64,000 bases of DNA from a bacterium (GCA_965216635.1 OZ244188.1:1312001-1376000), one strand, 5' to 3'; numbered from the stretch's first letter, positions 39,891 to 50,360 are shown. The notes: a model not told the origin generated them from the letters alone. A program made the numbers and translations.

Positions 39891-42264
39891 ATTGAAAATA
39901 TCAGTTACTCTCTGTTTTTTTTTACTAACAAATAATTTTTTACTCGCTCAAGACTTTGAAAATATTAAAGGGGATATTACAGCCTTTAGTGTATCAGGTA
40001 TAGAGTATTCTCCTAAGAGTAAAATCCTCTCTTTCATCAATCTCAACAAAGGCAGAGCTTTAAATACTATTTTAGTAGTAAATATAATTAAAGAGCTTTA
40101 TGCATTGAATTTGTTTGAGGATATTCAGGTGAGGGCGGAATCTTTGGGAAAAAATCAAGTCAAACTCCATTTTGATTTTGTAGAAAAAGATAGAATTGAT
40201 AGTATTAGCTTTCAAGGAAATAATAAACTCAGTGAAAATAAACTTATGGAAGCTATTCAAACAAGACAGTTTGATTTTATAGATGAAGTGCAAATTCAAA
40301 TAGACATCAAGAGAATTGTTCAAGCCTATATTCAAGAAGGCTATAGTAAAGTAAAAGTTTTATATCGCTGGGAAAGAGAAAAAAACAAGATAGGGCTGGT
40401 TTTTCAAGTGCTAGAAAGTAGTAAAAGTTATCTTACCAAAATCAAAATCAAAGGCAGCAAACATTTTTTACCGATAGACTTGGAAAGAAAAATGCAGTCT
40501 TCCGAAATTGATTGTTTTTCGTGGGTTAATCAATCGGGTAGATTTGACGAGCAAAAAATCGGCGCTGATTTGCAAATTATTTCGCAGGCTTATTTTAAAG
40601 ATGGTTTCATTGAGATAGAAATATCTAAACCTAAAATTGTTTTTATTATATCTCCAGAATTTACGACAGTAGAAGTTAGCTTTGATGTTAAGGAAGGAAA
40701 GCAATACTTTGTCAATAATATAGAAATAGAGTCTTTGGACGAAGACCAAGATTTACTTCTTCCTAAAGAAGAAATTTTTAAAAAAATAAACCTCAAAAAA
40801 GGAGATCCTTATAATATTCTTCAGCAAGGAAGTGATAGAAGTGTTGTCAATAGTATTTATCAAGATTTAGGCTATGCCTTTAGCGTAGTTCAAGTGAAAA
40901 GGAATATAGATAGCGAAAATCAACTTGTGGATTTGCTCTTTGAAGTTCAGAAAAGAGAAAAGGTCTACATCAACCGTATAGAGTTTTATGGAAATAGAGA
41001 AACAAAAGACGATATTCTTCGTAGAGAACTAACCATCTACGACGGAGAGCTATTCAATGGCAACAAAATTAGAACAAGTCTATCAAAAATCAGAAGACTA
41101 GGCTATTTCGTGCCTCAGGTTGGGGTGCGTTATTCCAGTCAACTTTCCGAGGCTGGAAACGAAGCGAACTATAATTTTCAACTCCAAGAGGCACAAACTG
41201 GCTCTATTTCTGGAGGCTTGAGCTATAGCACTTCCGCTGGATTGGGGGTAAATTTTTCTATAAGTAAAAGCAATTTTTTGGGGACAGGTAGAAGAATAGC
41301 TTTTAAGATTGATAAGCAAGAGAATACTAATTCTGGTAGTATTTCTTTTACCGAACCTTATTTTTTAGATAGCAAATGGAGAACTACAACCACCCTTTCT
41401 ACATCTTTTGAAGATAAAGACGCTAATAATAGAGACTTTAATAGCAATACAGAAGGTTGGTCTCAGGGGTTTTCTTATCCTATATGGCCCAGATGGTCTT
41501 TAGGATTATCCTATAGTTTTTCTCAAACTAGATATTCTGATATTACAAAAGGAATCTCCATCAATAATACAGAAACTCATTCTATAACCAATAGCTGGAG
41601 TTACAGCACAGTTAACCACCCTCAATTTCCAACCGATGGAGCGTCTTCTACTTTGCGTTTAACAGAAGCTGGGGGAGCTTTGGGAGGCAATGCAAACTAC
41701 AGGAGTGCTAGCTATACATTTAGATATTTTCAAACCTTGTTCGGACTACCGAGGGTGGTTTTCTATTATCGTTTTAGAGCTAGAAAATTATTTCAAAATA
41801 CAGAAGCACTAATCCCCACGGGCTCTAGGTTCCTTTTAGGAGGTACAAATAGCATAAGAGGATTTGAAAATTCAGAAATACGAGGTCCTTCTAGTCCCGT
41901 AGAACAACCTGCAGAGTTTGCTGGGCGACCACTAACTATTGAAGATAGGAATTTTTATGATCAACATATCTACGGAAACGAAGAAATTTTAAATAATTTT
42001 GAGATACTTTTTCCACTAACAAGAGAAGGCTACAGTATTCGGGGAGTGATTTTTTACGACGCGGGCAATGTTTTTGCTGAAGATAGAGTCTACGATATCG
42101 TAGGAACAGAAAAAGATTATAGATATTTAAGACAATCTTATGGGGTGGGAGTTCGCATGATTACTCCGCTTGGAATACTAAAATTTGAACACGGCACTAA
42201 AATAAATCCTAAACCATCAGAAAGTCCTGGTAAATTTGAATTTACCATTGGCTCTTTATTCTAA
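39865..42264 (+). CDS. bamA: Outer membrane protein assembly factor BamA
   Basis: POTRA domains, GN.ETKD.ILRREL, IRGF, terminal FEFTIGSLF. Confidence 0.95.
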   Translation: MRKFKISAKLKISVTLCFFLLTNNFLLAQDFENIKGDITAFSVSGIEYSPKSKILSFINLNKGRALNTILVVNIIKELYALNLFEDIQVRAESLGKNQVKLHFDFVEKDRIDSISFQGNNKLSENKLMEAIQTRQFDFIDEVQIQIDIKRIVQAYIQEGYSKVKVLYRWEREKNKIGLVFQVLESSKSYLTKIKIKGSKHFLPIDLERKMQSSEIDCFSWVNQSGRFDEQKIGADLQIISQAYFKDGFIEIEISKPKIVFIISPEFTTVEVSFDVKEGKQYFVNNIEIESLDEDQDLLLPKEEIFKKINLKKGDPYNILQQGSDRSVVNSIYQDLGYAFSVVQVKRNIDSENQLVDLLFEVQKREKVYINRIEFYGNRETKDDILRRELTIYDGELFNGNKIRTSLSKIRRLGYFVPQVGVRYSSQLSEAGNEANYNFQLQEAQTGSISGGLSYSTSAGLGVNFSISKSNFLGTGRRIAFKIDKQENTNSGSISFTEPYFLDSKWRTTTTLSTSFEDKDANNRDFNSNTEGWSQGFSYPIWPRWSLGLSYSFSQTRYSDITKGISINNTETHSITNSWSYSTVNHPQFPTDGASSTLRLTEAGGALGGNANYRSASYTFRYFQTLFGLPRVVFYYRFRARKLFQNTEALIPTGSRFLLGGTNSIRGFENSEIRGPSSPVEQPAEFAGRPLTIEDRNFYDQHIYGNEEILNNFEILFPLTREGYSIRGVIFYDAGNVFAEDRVYDIVGTEKDYRYLRQSYGVGVRMITPLGILKFEHGTKINPKPSESPGKFEFTIGSLF

Positions 42265-42349
42265 CAAGGTTTTGCATAAGAAAGATTATCTGAATTTTTC
42301 TCAAAAAATTCTTAAAACCCAATTAGAGAAGATTCGCCAGAATCATTTT

Positions 42350-42979
42350 ATGAGTCCAAAAGCTTGGGAAGAATATTACCAGAAAAATAAAAAAATACTT
42401 TGCGACAAACCAGACCCACTTTTGATCTCGGAAATATTGCTACTTGGTAAGAAATTTCCCAACCATTTTTCTTCTGTTTTGGATTTGGGTTGTGGCGCAG
42501 CAGCGAATAGTCTCTTTTTAGCAAGACAGGGTTGGAAAGTTGTAGCAGTGGATACTTCAAAAACAGCAATTCAAAGACTGCAAAAACAAGCTAAACAAGA
42601 AAACCTACCTTTAACGGCTCAGCAAACAGACGCAGTAAATTTTTCAAGCGAAGAAGAATTTGACTGCGTTCTAATTTGCGATCTTCATTTAGCTTCATCC
42701 CAGAGGAAGAAAATATTTCAAAATAGCCTGAAACTTTTAAAAAAAAAAGGAGTGCTACTTTATTTTTCTTTAATAGAGTCTCCAAACGGGAATAGCGATA
42801 TTTTTCCTTCCTTAGAAAGATTACTATTAGATTTTCCTAAAGAATTTAAAATAACGACCGCAGAGGAACTTACCCGATGTGTTTTTTTAGGACATAATCT
42901 ACGAACAGGGCAAGAATCTTTGCCCCAATCTGTTTTAAAAGGTGAAGGTATAAAAATCAAAGCCCAGCTTTCTCTTTAA
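42350..42979 (+). CDS. Class I SAM-dependent methyltransferase (TehB-like)
   Basis: VLDLGCG..NSLFLARQGWKVVAVD. Confidence 0.82.
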   Translation: MSPKAWEEYYQKNKKILCDKPDPLLISEILLLGKKFPNHFSSVLDLGCGAAANSLFLARQGWKVVAVDTSKTAIQRLQKQAKQENLPLTAQQTDAVNFSSEEEFDCVLICDLHLASSQRKKIFQNSLKLLKKKGVLLYFSLIESPNGNSDIFPSLERLLLDFPKEFKITTAEELTRCVFLGHNLRTGQESLPQSVLKGEGIKIKAQLSL

Positions 42980-43044
42980 AAAATTTTACTATTTCTTTTT
43001 ATTGAGGTATTTCTTATCATAGCCTTTTTTAAAAACTATATTCA

Positions 43045-43723
43045 ATGCAAAATAAAAAACTTTTTTGGATTTTTGGGGGAGGGTTGATTTTAGCAGTATC
43101 CTATCTTTTATATTTATTATTTCCTTATGTGACTATTACGCATTCACTATCTCAATATAGGTATGCTGAAATAATTTTTATTATTATATTGGTTTTATGC
43201 TATAGTTTGATATTATTTAATTGGGTAAATAGACACTAAACTTTCACCTACAGAAGAAATAGTTCCCGAAGAAAAAGAGGGCAAAGAATATGAAGACTAT
43301 AAAGATGAATTGTTGATTCTAAGAAAAGAATCTATAAAATCTTTTGAAAAATTGAGCAATGACTACCAAAAGGCACTAATGACTTTTGCAGGAGGTGCTA
43401 TTGTTTTAGTAGTTACTTTTATGGCTAGTTTGATTCGTGCAAAAGTGCCTATTCAATTTAATGAGATTATTTTAAAATCTTTAATTTTCTTGACGATTAG
43501 TTTAACTACGATTCTAGGAGGAATTTTTTTAGGTTTAGAAGCTAGGCGTTACGAAACAGACCAAATTGATAAAAGCATTGCTTATTATGATGATAAATAT
43601 TTAGCGCATTACGGAGGAAACTGGAATTTTTGGTCTGGAATAGCGCATATTACTTCGTTTTTTTCTTGTATTTTAGGAATTGTTTTGTTATGCTTTTTTA
43701 TATACTTTAATATTAAAAATTGA
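43045..43723 (+). pseudogene. Membrane protein apparently split by a frameshift near 43227
   Basis: Second frame is open from 43229 (IDTKLSPTEE...) and overlaps the end of the 64-aa first ORF; no upstream ATG in the second frame. Confidence 0.55.
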
Positions 43724-43725
43724 TT

Positions 43726-43884
43726 ATGTCAGAAAAAAAAAGACATATTAGAACAAACTGGGCTGAAGGCGTGGTGCCTTCAAGAGTGCCGCCTAATAGA
43801 AAGCATAATTCTCCTGTTCGTTCTACATCTACAGCGAAAAAAGCTAGTACTCCAAACCCTAACAAGACACAGAGAGCAAGCTAG
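43726..43884 (+). CDS. 52-aa basic, Pro/Ser-rich small protein
   Basis: Hand-translated MSEKKRHIRTNWAEGVVPSRVPP...; ATG 2 nt after the upstream stop. Confidence 0.45.
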   Translation: MSEKKRHIRTNWAEGVVPSRVPPNRKHNSPVRSTSTAKKASTPNPNKTQRAS

Positions 43885-43893
43885 TCAAAATTT

Positions 43894-43991
43894 CTACCAC
43901 TCTCCTATATTTTTCATAGAAATCCAAGGTTCTTGGGAGTTAAAGCGTCTCCTTGTTGTAGTAGTTCTATAGAAATGCCATCAGGAGATTT
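43894..43991 (-). pseudogene. gloA: C-terminal remnant of lactoylglutathione lyase (VOC family), frameshifted
   Basis: KSPDGISIELLQQGDALT / QEPWISMKNIGEW* in two frames, 1-nt loss in a C run. Confidence 0.7.
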
Positions 43992-44153
43992 TTCCTAGTG
44001 ATTTCGGAAATTTTCCATAACCAACCAATTTTAGAGAATTATATACAAAGTTAAATTTCAATCATTATTGAAATCATTATTGAAATGATTCCTGAAAATA
44101 TTGCCACAAAATTTTAAAAACACAAAATTGAAATAACAGGCTAATTCCATAGA

Positions 44154-44171
44154 CTAATTCAACAGTCTCTA
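44154..44171 (-). repeat. Solitary MITE-like terminus forming the stop of the acyl-CoA synthetase
   Basis: Minus strand TAGAGACTGTTGAATTAG. Confidence 0.65.
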
Positions 44172-45818
44172 CTTGTCTTTAAGATACTGTCTCAAAGCAA
44201 ATTTTTGAATTTTTCCAGTAGCTGTTTTGGGTATTTCGCAAAAAATAAAATTTTTCGGAATTTTAAAACCAGCAAGTTTTTCGCAACAAAATTTAGTCAA
44301 CTCATCTTTACTAACTTGTTTATCTGGTTTTAATTCAACAAAAGCGCAAGGAACCTCTCCCCATTTTTCATCAGCTTGTGCCACTACCGCTGCGTGTAAA
44401 ATAGCAGGATGGTTGTATAGGTGGGATTCTATTTCTACAGAAGAAATATTTTCTCCCCCTGAAATAATCACATCTTTAAGCCTATCTTTGACTTGAATAT
44501 ATTTATCTTTTTGCCAAGCAGCAATATCTCCACTATGAAACCAACCTTCTGCAAAAGCCTGTTTTGTAGTCTCACTGTCTTTGTAGTAGCCTTTCATAAT
44601 CGTGTTGCCGCGAATTACAATTTCTCCAAGTGCATTGCTATCCGTTGGAATAAGTTTTCTTGTTTTTGTATCCATTAAACTTACTTCTTCTATCATAGGA
44701 AAAGATATGCCTTGCCAGCTTTTGATTTCTGCTTTTTCGTCTTCATTCAAATCATTCCACTTTTCTTTCCACAAACAATGGGTGATATGCCCGTAGGTTT
44801 CTGTTAATCCATAAACCTGCATTACATCAAACCCGAGTTTCGCCATTCCTCTCAAAATTGCTGGTGGCGGTGGCGCACCCGCAGTCATAGCTTTGACTTT
44901 TTGAGGGAAAGTGCGTTTTTCGGTTTCAGCTGCATTGACTAATAATCCTAACACAATAGGAGCCCCTCCAAAGTGGGTGATGCTATAATCAGCGGCTGCA
45001 TCAAAAATTACTTTTGCCGATACTACACGGCTACAAATCAAAGTTCCCGCCATCAAACAAACGCTCCAAACGTGTCCCCAGCCATTACAATGAAACATTG
45101 GCACAGTATAAAGATAAACTGGATGCATGGGTAATTGCCACGCGGTCACGGTTCCTAAACTCATTAGGTAGGAGCCTCGGTGGTGATAAACCCCTCCTTT
45201 GGGTTTTCCAGAAGTGCCAGAAGTATAATTGAGCGACAAGGCTTGCCATTCATCTTTTGGCATCTGCCAATTATAATTAGGATCTCCTGTTGCTAAAAAA
45301 CTTTCATAATCGGTATCTCCCCAGCTAGATGGATTTTCTACTTCTAAATCGTCTATACGAACGACAGGAAAATTAAGCCCGTGGTCTCCTGTTTCCATTT
45401 CTTGATTAGATAGGGCTATAGCTTCTTTTGCTAATTCTGCAAACTGAGAATCCACTAACAATAATTTACAATCGGAATGTTTGAGAATATAAGCCACTGT
45501 ACTTTTATCTAGCCGCATGTTGATGGTATTGATAACAGCCCCACACATAGGAATACCAAAATGCGCTTCTACCATCGCTGGAGTATTGGGAGAAATTATA
45601 GAGACAGTGTCGCCTATTCCTATGCCTTTTTTATGAAGTGCAGAGGCAAGACGAACCGAGCGTTTATAAACTTCGCTCCAGCTATATTTTTTATCTTGAT
45701 AAATAACCCCCACTTGAGAGCCAAAAATATTTGCCGTTCGGGTGAGAAAAGACAACGGAGATAAGGGCACATAATTAGCCCCTGTTTTTTCTAAAATCTG
45801 ATAATTTTTTTGCGACAT
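44169..45818 (-). CDS. AMP-binding acyl-CoA synthetase
   Basis: YTSGTSGKPKG, PMFHCNGW, YGLTET, GWFHSGD, PKTATGKIQK; ATG 45818 preferred. Confidence 0.92.
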   Translation of the reverse strand: MSQKNYQILEKTGANYVPLSPLSFLTRTANIFGSQVGVIYQDKKYSWSEVYKRSVRLASALHKKGIGIGDTVSIISPNTPAMVEAHFGIPMCGAVINTINMRLDKSTVAYILKHSDCKLLLVDSQFAELAKEAIALSNQEMETGDHGLNFPVVRIDDLEVENPSSWGDTDYESFLATGDPNYNWQMPKDEWQALSLNYTSGTSGKPKGGVYHHRGSYLMSLGTVTAWQLPMHPVYLYTVPMFHCNGWGHVWSVCLMAGTLICSRVVSAKVIFDAAADYSITHFGGAPIVLGLLVNAAETEKRTFPQKVKAMTAGAPPPPAILRGMAKLGFDVMQVYGLTETYGHITHCLWKEKWNDLNEDEKAEIKSWQGISFPMIEEVSLMDTKTRKLIPTDSNALGEIVIRGNTIMKGYYKDSETTKQAFAEGWFHSGDIAAWQKDKYIQVKDRLKDVIISGGENISSVEIESHLYNHPAILHAAVVAQADEKWGEVPCAFVELKPDKQVSKDELTKFCCEKLAGFKIPKNFIFCEIPKTATGKIQKFALRQYLKDK

Positions 45819-45976
45819 AGTTTGAAAAATTCTTAAAATTATTCCACTAGAAAAAACAAAAAAAGTCCAGTGGAAAATCACAAACAAATACAACTAAATC
45901 TCTTTTCTTTTAAGAAGAAGATTTTTACAATCACAAATCTATCTGTTTAATTGCAACAGCTAACCACAAACCAACC

Positions 45977-46865
45977 GCACAATACCTCTTTTATCTAGGG
46001 GTAATTCTCAACTGGAGAAGCAGAATATTATAAAAAATAACTGGTGTAGTCCCCTTTCATTTAGGGGTGATTCTCAACTAAATTAATTAAATCTACATAG
46101 CTTTTAGGGTGTAGTCCCCTTTCATTTAGGGGTAATTCTCAACATTATGAAATATACAAAAACTCAAGAAGTGGGTTGTAGTCCCCTTTAATTTAGGGGT
46201 AATTCTCAACTTTTACTTCATCATTTTTAACAACCTTAACGGTGTAGTCCCCTTTCATTTAGGGGTGATTCTCAACTTAGTTAAAACAATTCAAAATATC
46301 ATTTCGGGGGTAGTCTCTTTCCATTTAGGGGTAATTCTTAACTCCATTCCTACTACTGCCTCTATAAATTTGGGTGTAGTCCCCTTCCATTTAGGGGTAA
46401 TTCTCAACACGAAATAATTAATAGTCAAAACTTGGGTAGGTGTAGTCCCCTTTCATTTAGGGGTGATTCTCAACTAAATTAATTAAATCTACATAGCTTT
46501 TAGGGTGTAGTCCCCTTTCATTTAGGGGTAATTCTCAACCTTTTCATATTAGAATCAACATAAAATTCAGGTGTAGTCCCCTTTCATTTAGGGGTAATTC
46601 TCAAGTTTCTTTTTCTTATTTTTAATCTAAAATCAGGTGTAGTCCCCTTCCATTTAGGGGTAATTCTCAACTAAAAAAAAATCGTTGAAAAATAAAAATA
46701 GGTGTAGTCCCCTTCCATTTAGGGGTAATTCTCAACAAATCGGTAGAAGGCAGGGCGTTTTGTCTGGCGTAGTCCCCTTCCATTTAGGGGTAATTCTCAA
46801 CATTGAGAATGGCTACAGCATAATAATGGGAGGTGTAGTCCTCTTCCATTTAGGTAATTCTCAAC
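45977..46865 (-). CRISPR. Type VI-A CRISPR array: 14 repeats (36 nt), 13 spacers (29-31 nt)
   Basis: Minus-strand consensus GTTGAGAATTACCCCTAAATG(A/G)AAGGGGACTACACC has the CCCC-loop-GGGG-AC bulge of Cas13a repeats. Repeat starts on +: 45977 (degenerate trailer), 46043, 46108, 46175, 46241, 46307, 46373, 46439, 46504, 46570, 46636, 46701, 46766, 46832. Confidence 0.97.
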
Positions 46866-46956
46866 AATAACTACAAAACCATTGATTTTACTAGATAAAA
46901 ACAGGTTTTTGCAAAAAATTTTTGCATTGTTTTTATCATTTCCCGCAAACCTTACG
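46866..46956 (-). promoter_or_regulatory. CRISPR leader (91 bp, AT-rich)
   Basis: Lies between the cas13a stop and the first repeat; the degenerate repeat is at the opposite end. Confidence 0.7.
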
Positions 46957-49900
46957 CTATTTTTTGAATAATTTAGCAACCGCATCTTTGTATTTCTCTG
47001 AATGCAGTTCTTCAATAATTTTGCGGTTTTTTGAGTTTCTATAATTTTTTTCTATTCTCTTACCTTTAAGGTGTTCTACCTTCTTCACTTCTAGGCTATC
47101 GCATAGCAACTCATTTTTTTCCATCTTAAAGTTAATTTTTAAGTTATCTTTTTTTAGTAATTCGGTAATGGATTTGGTAACAGAATTTTTAAGTTTTCTG
47201 TCGTACTGCGTTAATTTTCTAGCTTCGTTGAGTAACTTTGTTAGATTGATAAGGGCAGGTTTATTCAAAGAGTTAAAATGGGTAAAATCATTGCGTATTT
47301 TTCTATTGTTGCTAATAAAAAAAAAGTCATCAAGCTTGTTGTAGATGGCTTTATGAGTGTCTTTTATTTTATATAATGCTTTTATAATTTGCCCTTCTTG
47401 GACCAATTCTTTTATGTCTGATACTTTTATAATGTTCCCTTTTTTTGCAAATTTTTCAAAATCTTCGTTCTTTATTTCTAAACCTCTAAGTGTCAAAATA
47501 CTTAACATAGCAAAATAGATATCACGTTCCCATAAATGCGAAAAATCGACAAGCCGACCTAAAATAGTTATCATCAACTGGTGGATTTGTTTTTGATGGT
47601 GCAAGTAGACACGGTTTTTTAAATGGCTGTAGTTTTCTGTTTTATTTGCCAGTTCTGCATAACGATCAAAATCTTCTTGTCTAATGGATTTGGAACGACT
47701 GAGTTTTTCGTGTAATCTTTTTTTCTCTTCTTGGATTTCAGCTATGCTATCTTTTTGTTTTTTTAGTTCCTCAATTTCATTGTCTTTGATTTTAGAATCA
47801 GCAAAAAGTTTTTTTAATTGTGCTAGATTGCCAAATTTTAATAATTCTCTCAAACCTCTAACTGGTATTAGTTGTTCGTCTAACTCATTGTTTTGTTTAA
47901 ATAATCCGTTAAAAACTTCCTCATTTTCATAAAAGTCTTTTAATTCACTATCTTGCAAACTTGTTATATCAAGGGTGGCGTTGTGCATACTTAAATATAA
48001 ATCAATCGCTTCCGCAATAGCACTAAGATCTGTTTTGCCCGTTAATATATGGTATTTTTTGATTTGTAAGGCTAGATGACTCACAAATTCTACTGGGATT
48101 AGATGAAGCGATATGTAGATGGCTGAGTTTTTGATTTCTGTTTTTAGAGGCAGTTGGCTTTCTTGGATTTGACAAGTTGCACCTTTTATAAGCCTCAATA
48201 AAAATTCCAATTCTTTTTCTTTTAAATAACACTTAAAAGCTAAAGCTAAAAAATCTTTTTTAAAATCTTCAATGAAATTGCTTTGTGCTTTTGTTCCTTC
48301 TACATTGCTAATGTAAGGATTGATTTTCACTTGAAAAAAGCTGGCTGTCTCTGCTGCTAGATAAGAAAAATAATCTAATAATTTTTCATCTGTTTTCAAA
48401 TCACGCAACCTATCCATTCTGGCTTTGATTTCTTCGCCTTCTAAAGCATTTCTCCGATTCATCTTCTCAGCAGATTCTGTCGCTGTGTTTTTTGCTTCCT
48501 GTAAAAAGCTATTCAATAAATCTGTGTTTTGTTCTTCAAGCCACTGATGAAAACCTGATTCATATATTTGTTTTAAACAGACAAATTGACAAAGCAGAGT
48601 TTTATTTTCTTGTAGTGCTGTTTGATTCGCTGCTTTAATTATAGTTTTCCTTGGGTTTATATTATCTGCTCTTGTTAGCAATTTGCTGAATTTTGGTAAA
48701 AGAAAGGTGGTGGTTTTTTGTTGTATTTCTGCTAAAAATATATCTGCTTGTTCTTGATTAAGATGGGTTTCTATGTGTGCTGCTTTTAGTGATTCTATGA
48801 GTAATGCTCGTTGTTTTTCTAAATGCTTCTTTATGTATTGCTCTATCGCTGGTTTTATTTCTTGGTCGTCAATATTTGTGTCTGTTTTTAGCACATCGCT
48901 AACTGTATTAAAATGAAAACTGGCGTTGCGAATATCGGCAAGAGTACATCGTAAGCATTTTAGTATTGCATCACGATTTTCGTTGTATAAATTGTGGTTT
49001 TCTCCAAACAATAGATTAAATTGATCGTCAAAATACTTTTTGTCATCAATTTCAATTGTTCTAACATAAATATCTTTGCCTTGATAATCTGGAGCAGCTA
49101 ATCTTCGTAAACTGCTATTAGCAATAGATAAAGCACCTAACCACTGCTTAATAAAAGATTCCTTTTGTTTGATTTCTGTTTGTTTTTCGCTCGTCCAACA
49201 ATCACTGTTTGCTATTTTTTCTAAATCCTTTGTTCCTGCTAAAGCATCATTTTCTGCGGTATAATGAATAACCTTACCTAAACGAATTGCAAAAGAGATT
49301 ATCCTGTTTCTTTCAATAGATAGAGCTAGGTTGTGTAAGCTATTTACATCTAGTTGGTAGGCTTTTTTTGGAGCAAATTTAGGGCGGGGTTGGTATGAAT
49401 CCTCTTTAATTATACTTGGAGGAAATTTAGGGTAGTGTTGGTATAAAGCCTCTTTAATTATACAATGGTAAAGCCACTGCTTATGTTTTCGTGGTTTTCT
49501 GTTTGTAGTTCTTTTATTTTCACATCCTCGCTAAAAATCAATTTATAATGATCGTAAAGACATTTTATAGCATCTCTTCTTGAAAGATATTTTTTATTGT
49601 TCTCTTCCTTAATAAGGCAATTTACTAACTCTTCTAATTGATAAGCTGTCCTAATTTCTTCCCAATTTTTTTTCCAATTTTTTAATAAAATATTTTCTTT
49701 TAAGCTTTTAATATAGCTTTTCTCGTTGGCTGATAGAGATTGAAATAGACTGTCTACAACCTCAAATTTACGAGTATTGTTACTAATAGATTCGGCAAGA
49801 TTATCAATCAAGCCTTTCTTATATTCTTTTTCTTCTAAGTAGATAGATAGCTTGTTTTCATATAAGTGTTGATAAACATTTTCTGCTAATTCATCCCAAT

Positions 49901-50330
49901 CAATTTGATTTAATTCATTATTGCCAATGAATCTTTTATACCAGCGACCTTTTTCAATTCCTTGTTTGTTTTCTATTTTTTCTATTTTGTAAGGATGTAC
50001 TTTTAATTTCCATTTTTTTAAAAAATCCTCATCTTGATTAAATTTTATCAAATCTTTGCTTTTCCATAATTTTATAAATGCTTCGCTTAAATTTTCTCTT
50101 GCCTCGTAAGTGTCTTCATTTAGAAATTTGCCTTTTTTAAAAGATCCGCTTTTATCGGGTTTTTTTATAATTTTATCTAATATTGAAGCCCATTGAGCGA
50201 TAAAAAAAAATTTATCACTATGCACGAATTTTTCAATAGATTCTTTGTTGTTAGGTTTTTCTTTATTGTGTTCAATCTGCCGTTTTTTATTCTCAACAAA
50301 GCTTCTACCGTAAGGTTTAATCGTTTTCAT
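46957..50330 (-). pseudogene. cas13a: Type VI-A effector Cas13a (~1124 aa if joined), split by a -1 frameshift near 49490
   Basis: N-terminus MKTIKPYGRS...AQWASILDKI...HPY; IRLGKVIHY...WTS..Q.EIK..E.F; HEPN motifs RNASFH and RNDFTH; YDRKLKNSVTKSI. The downstream frame is open from 49530 and overlaps the 290-aa ORF. Confidence 0.9.
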
Positions 50331-50360
50331 AAGTTCTCTTTTTAGCCAATTCTATTAAAA

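Noticed and set aside
46822..46831. Newest spacer matching the MITE module AATAATGGGA (self-targeting)
   Set aside because: Only ~10 nt identity in an AT-rich genome; no full protospacer was seen in the window by eye.
46685..47015. ORFs 46685-46870 (+) and 46797-47015 (-)
   Set aside because: They are translations of CRISPR repeats and leader, not genes.
46957..49011. Treating the 684-aa ORF as a complete miniature Cas13
   Set aside because: The frame is open a further ~170 codons upstream with conserved Cas13a motifs, and the 290-aa ORF supplies the Cas13a N-terminus.
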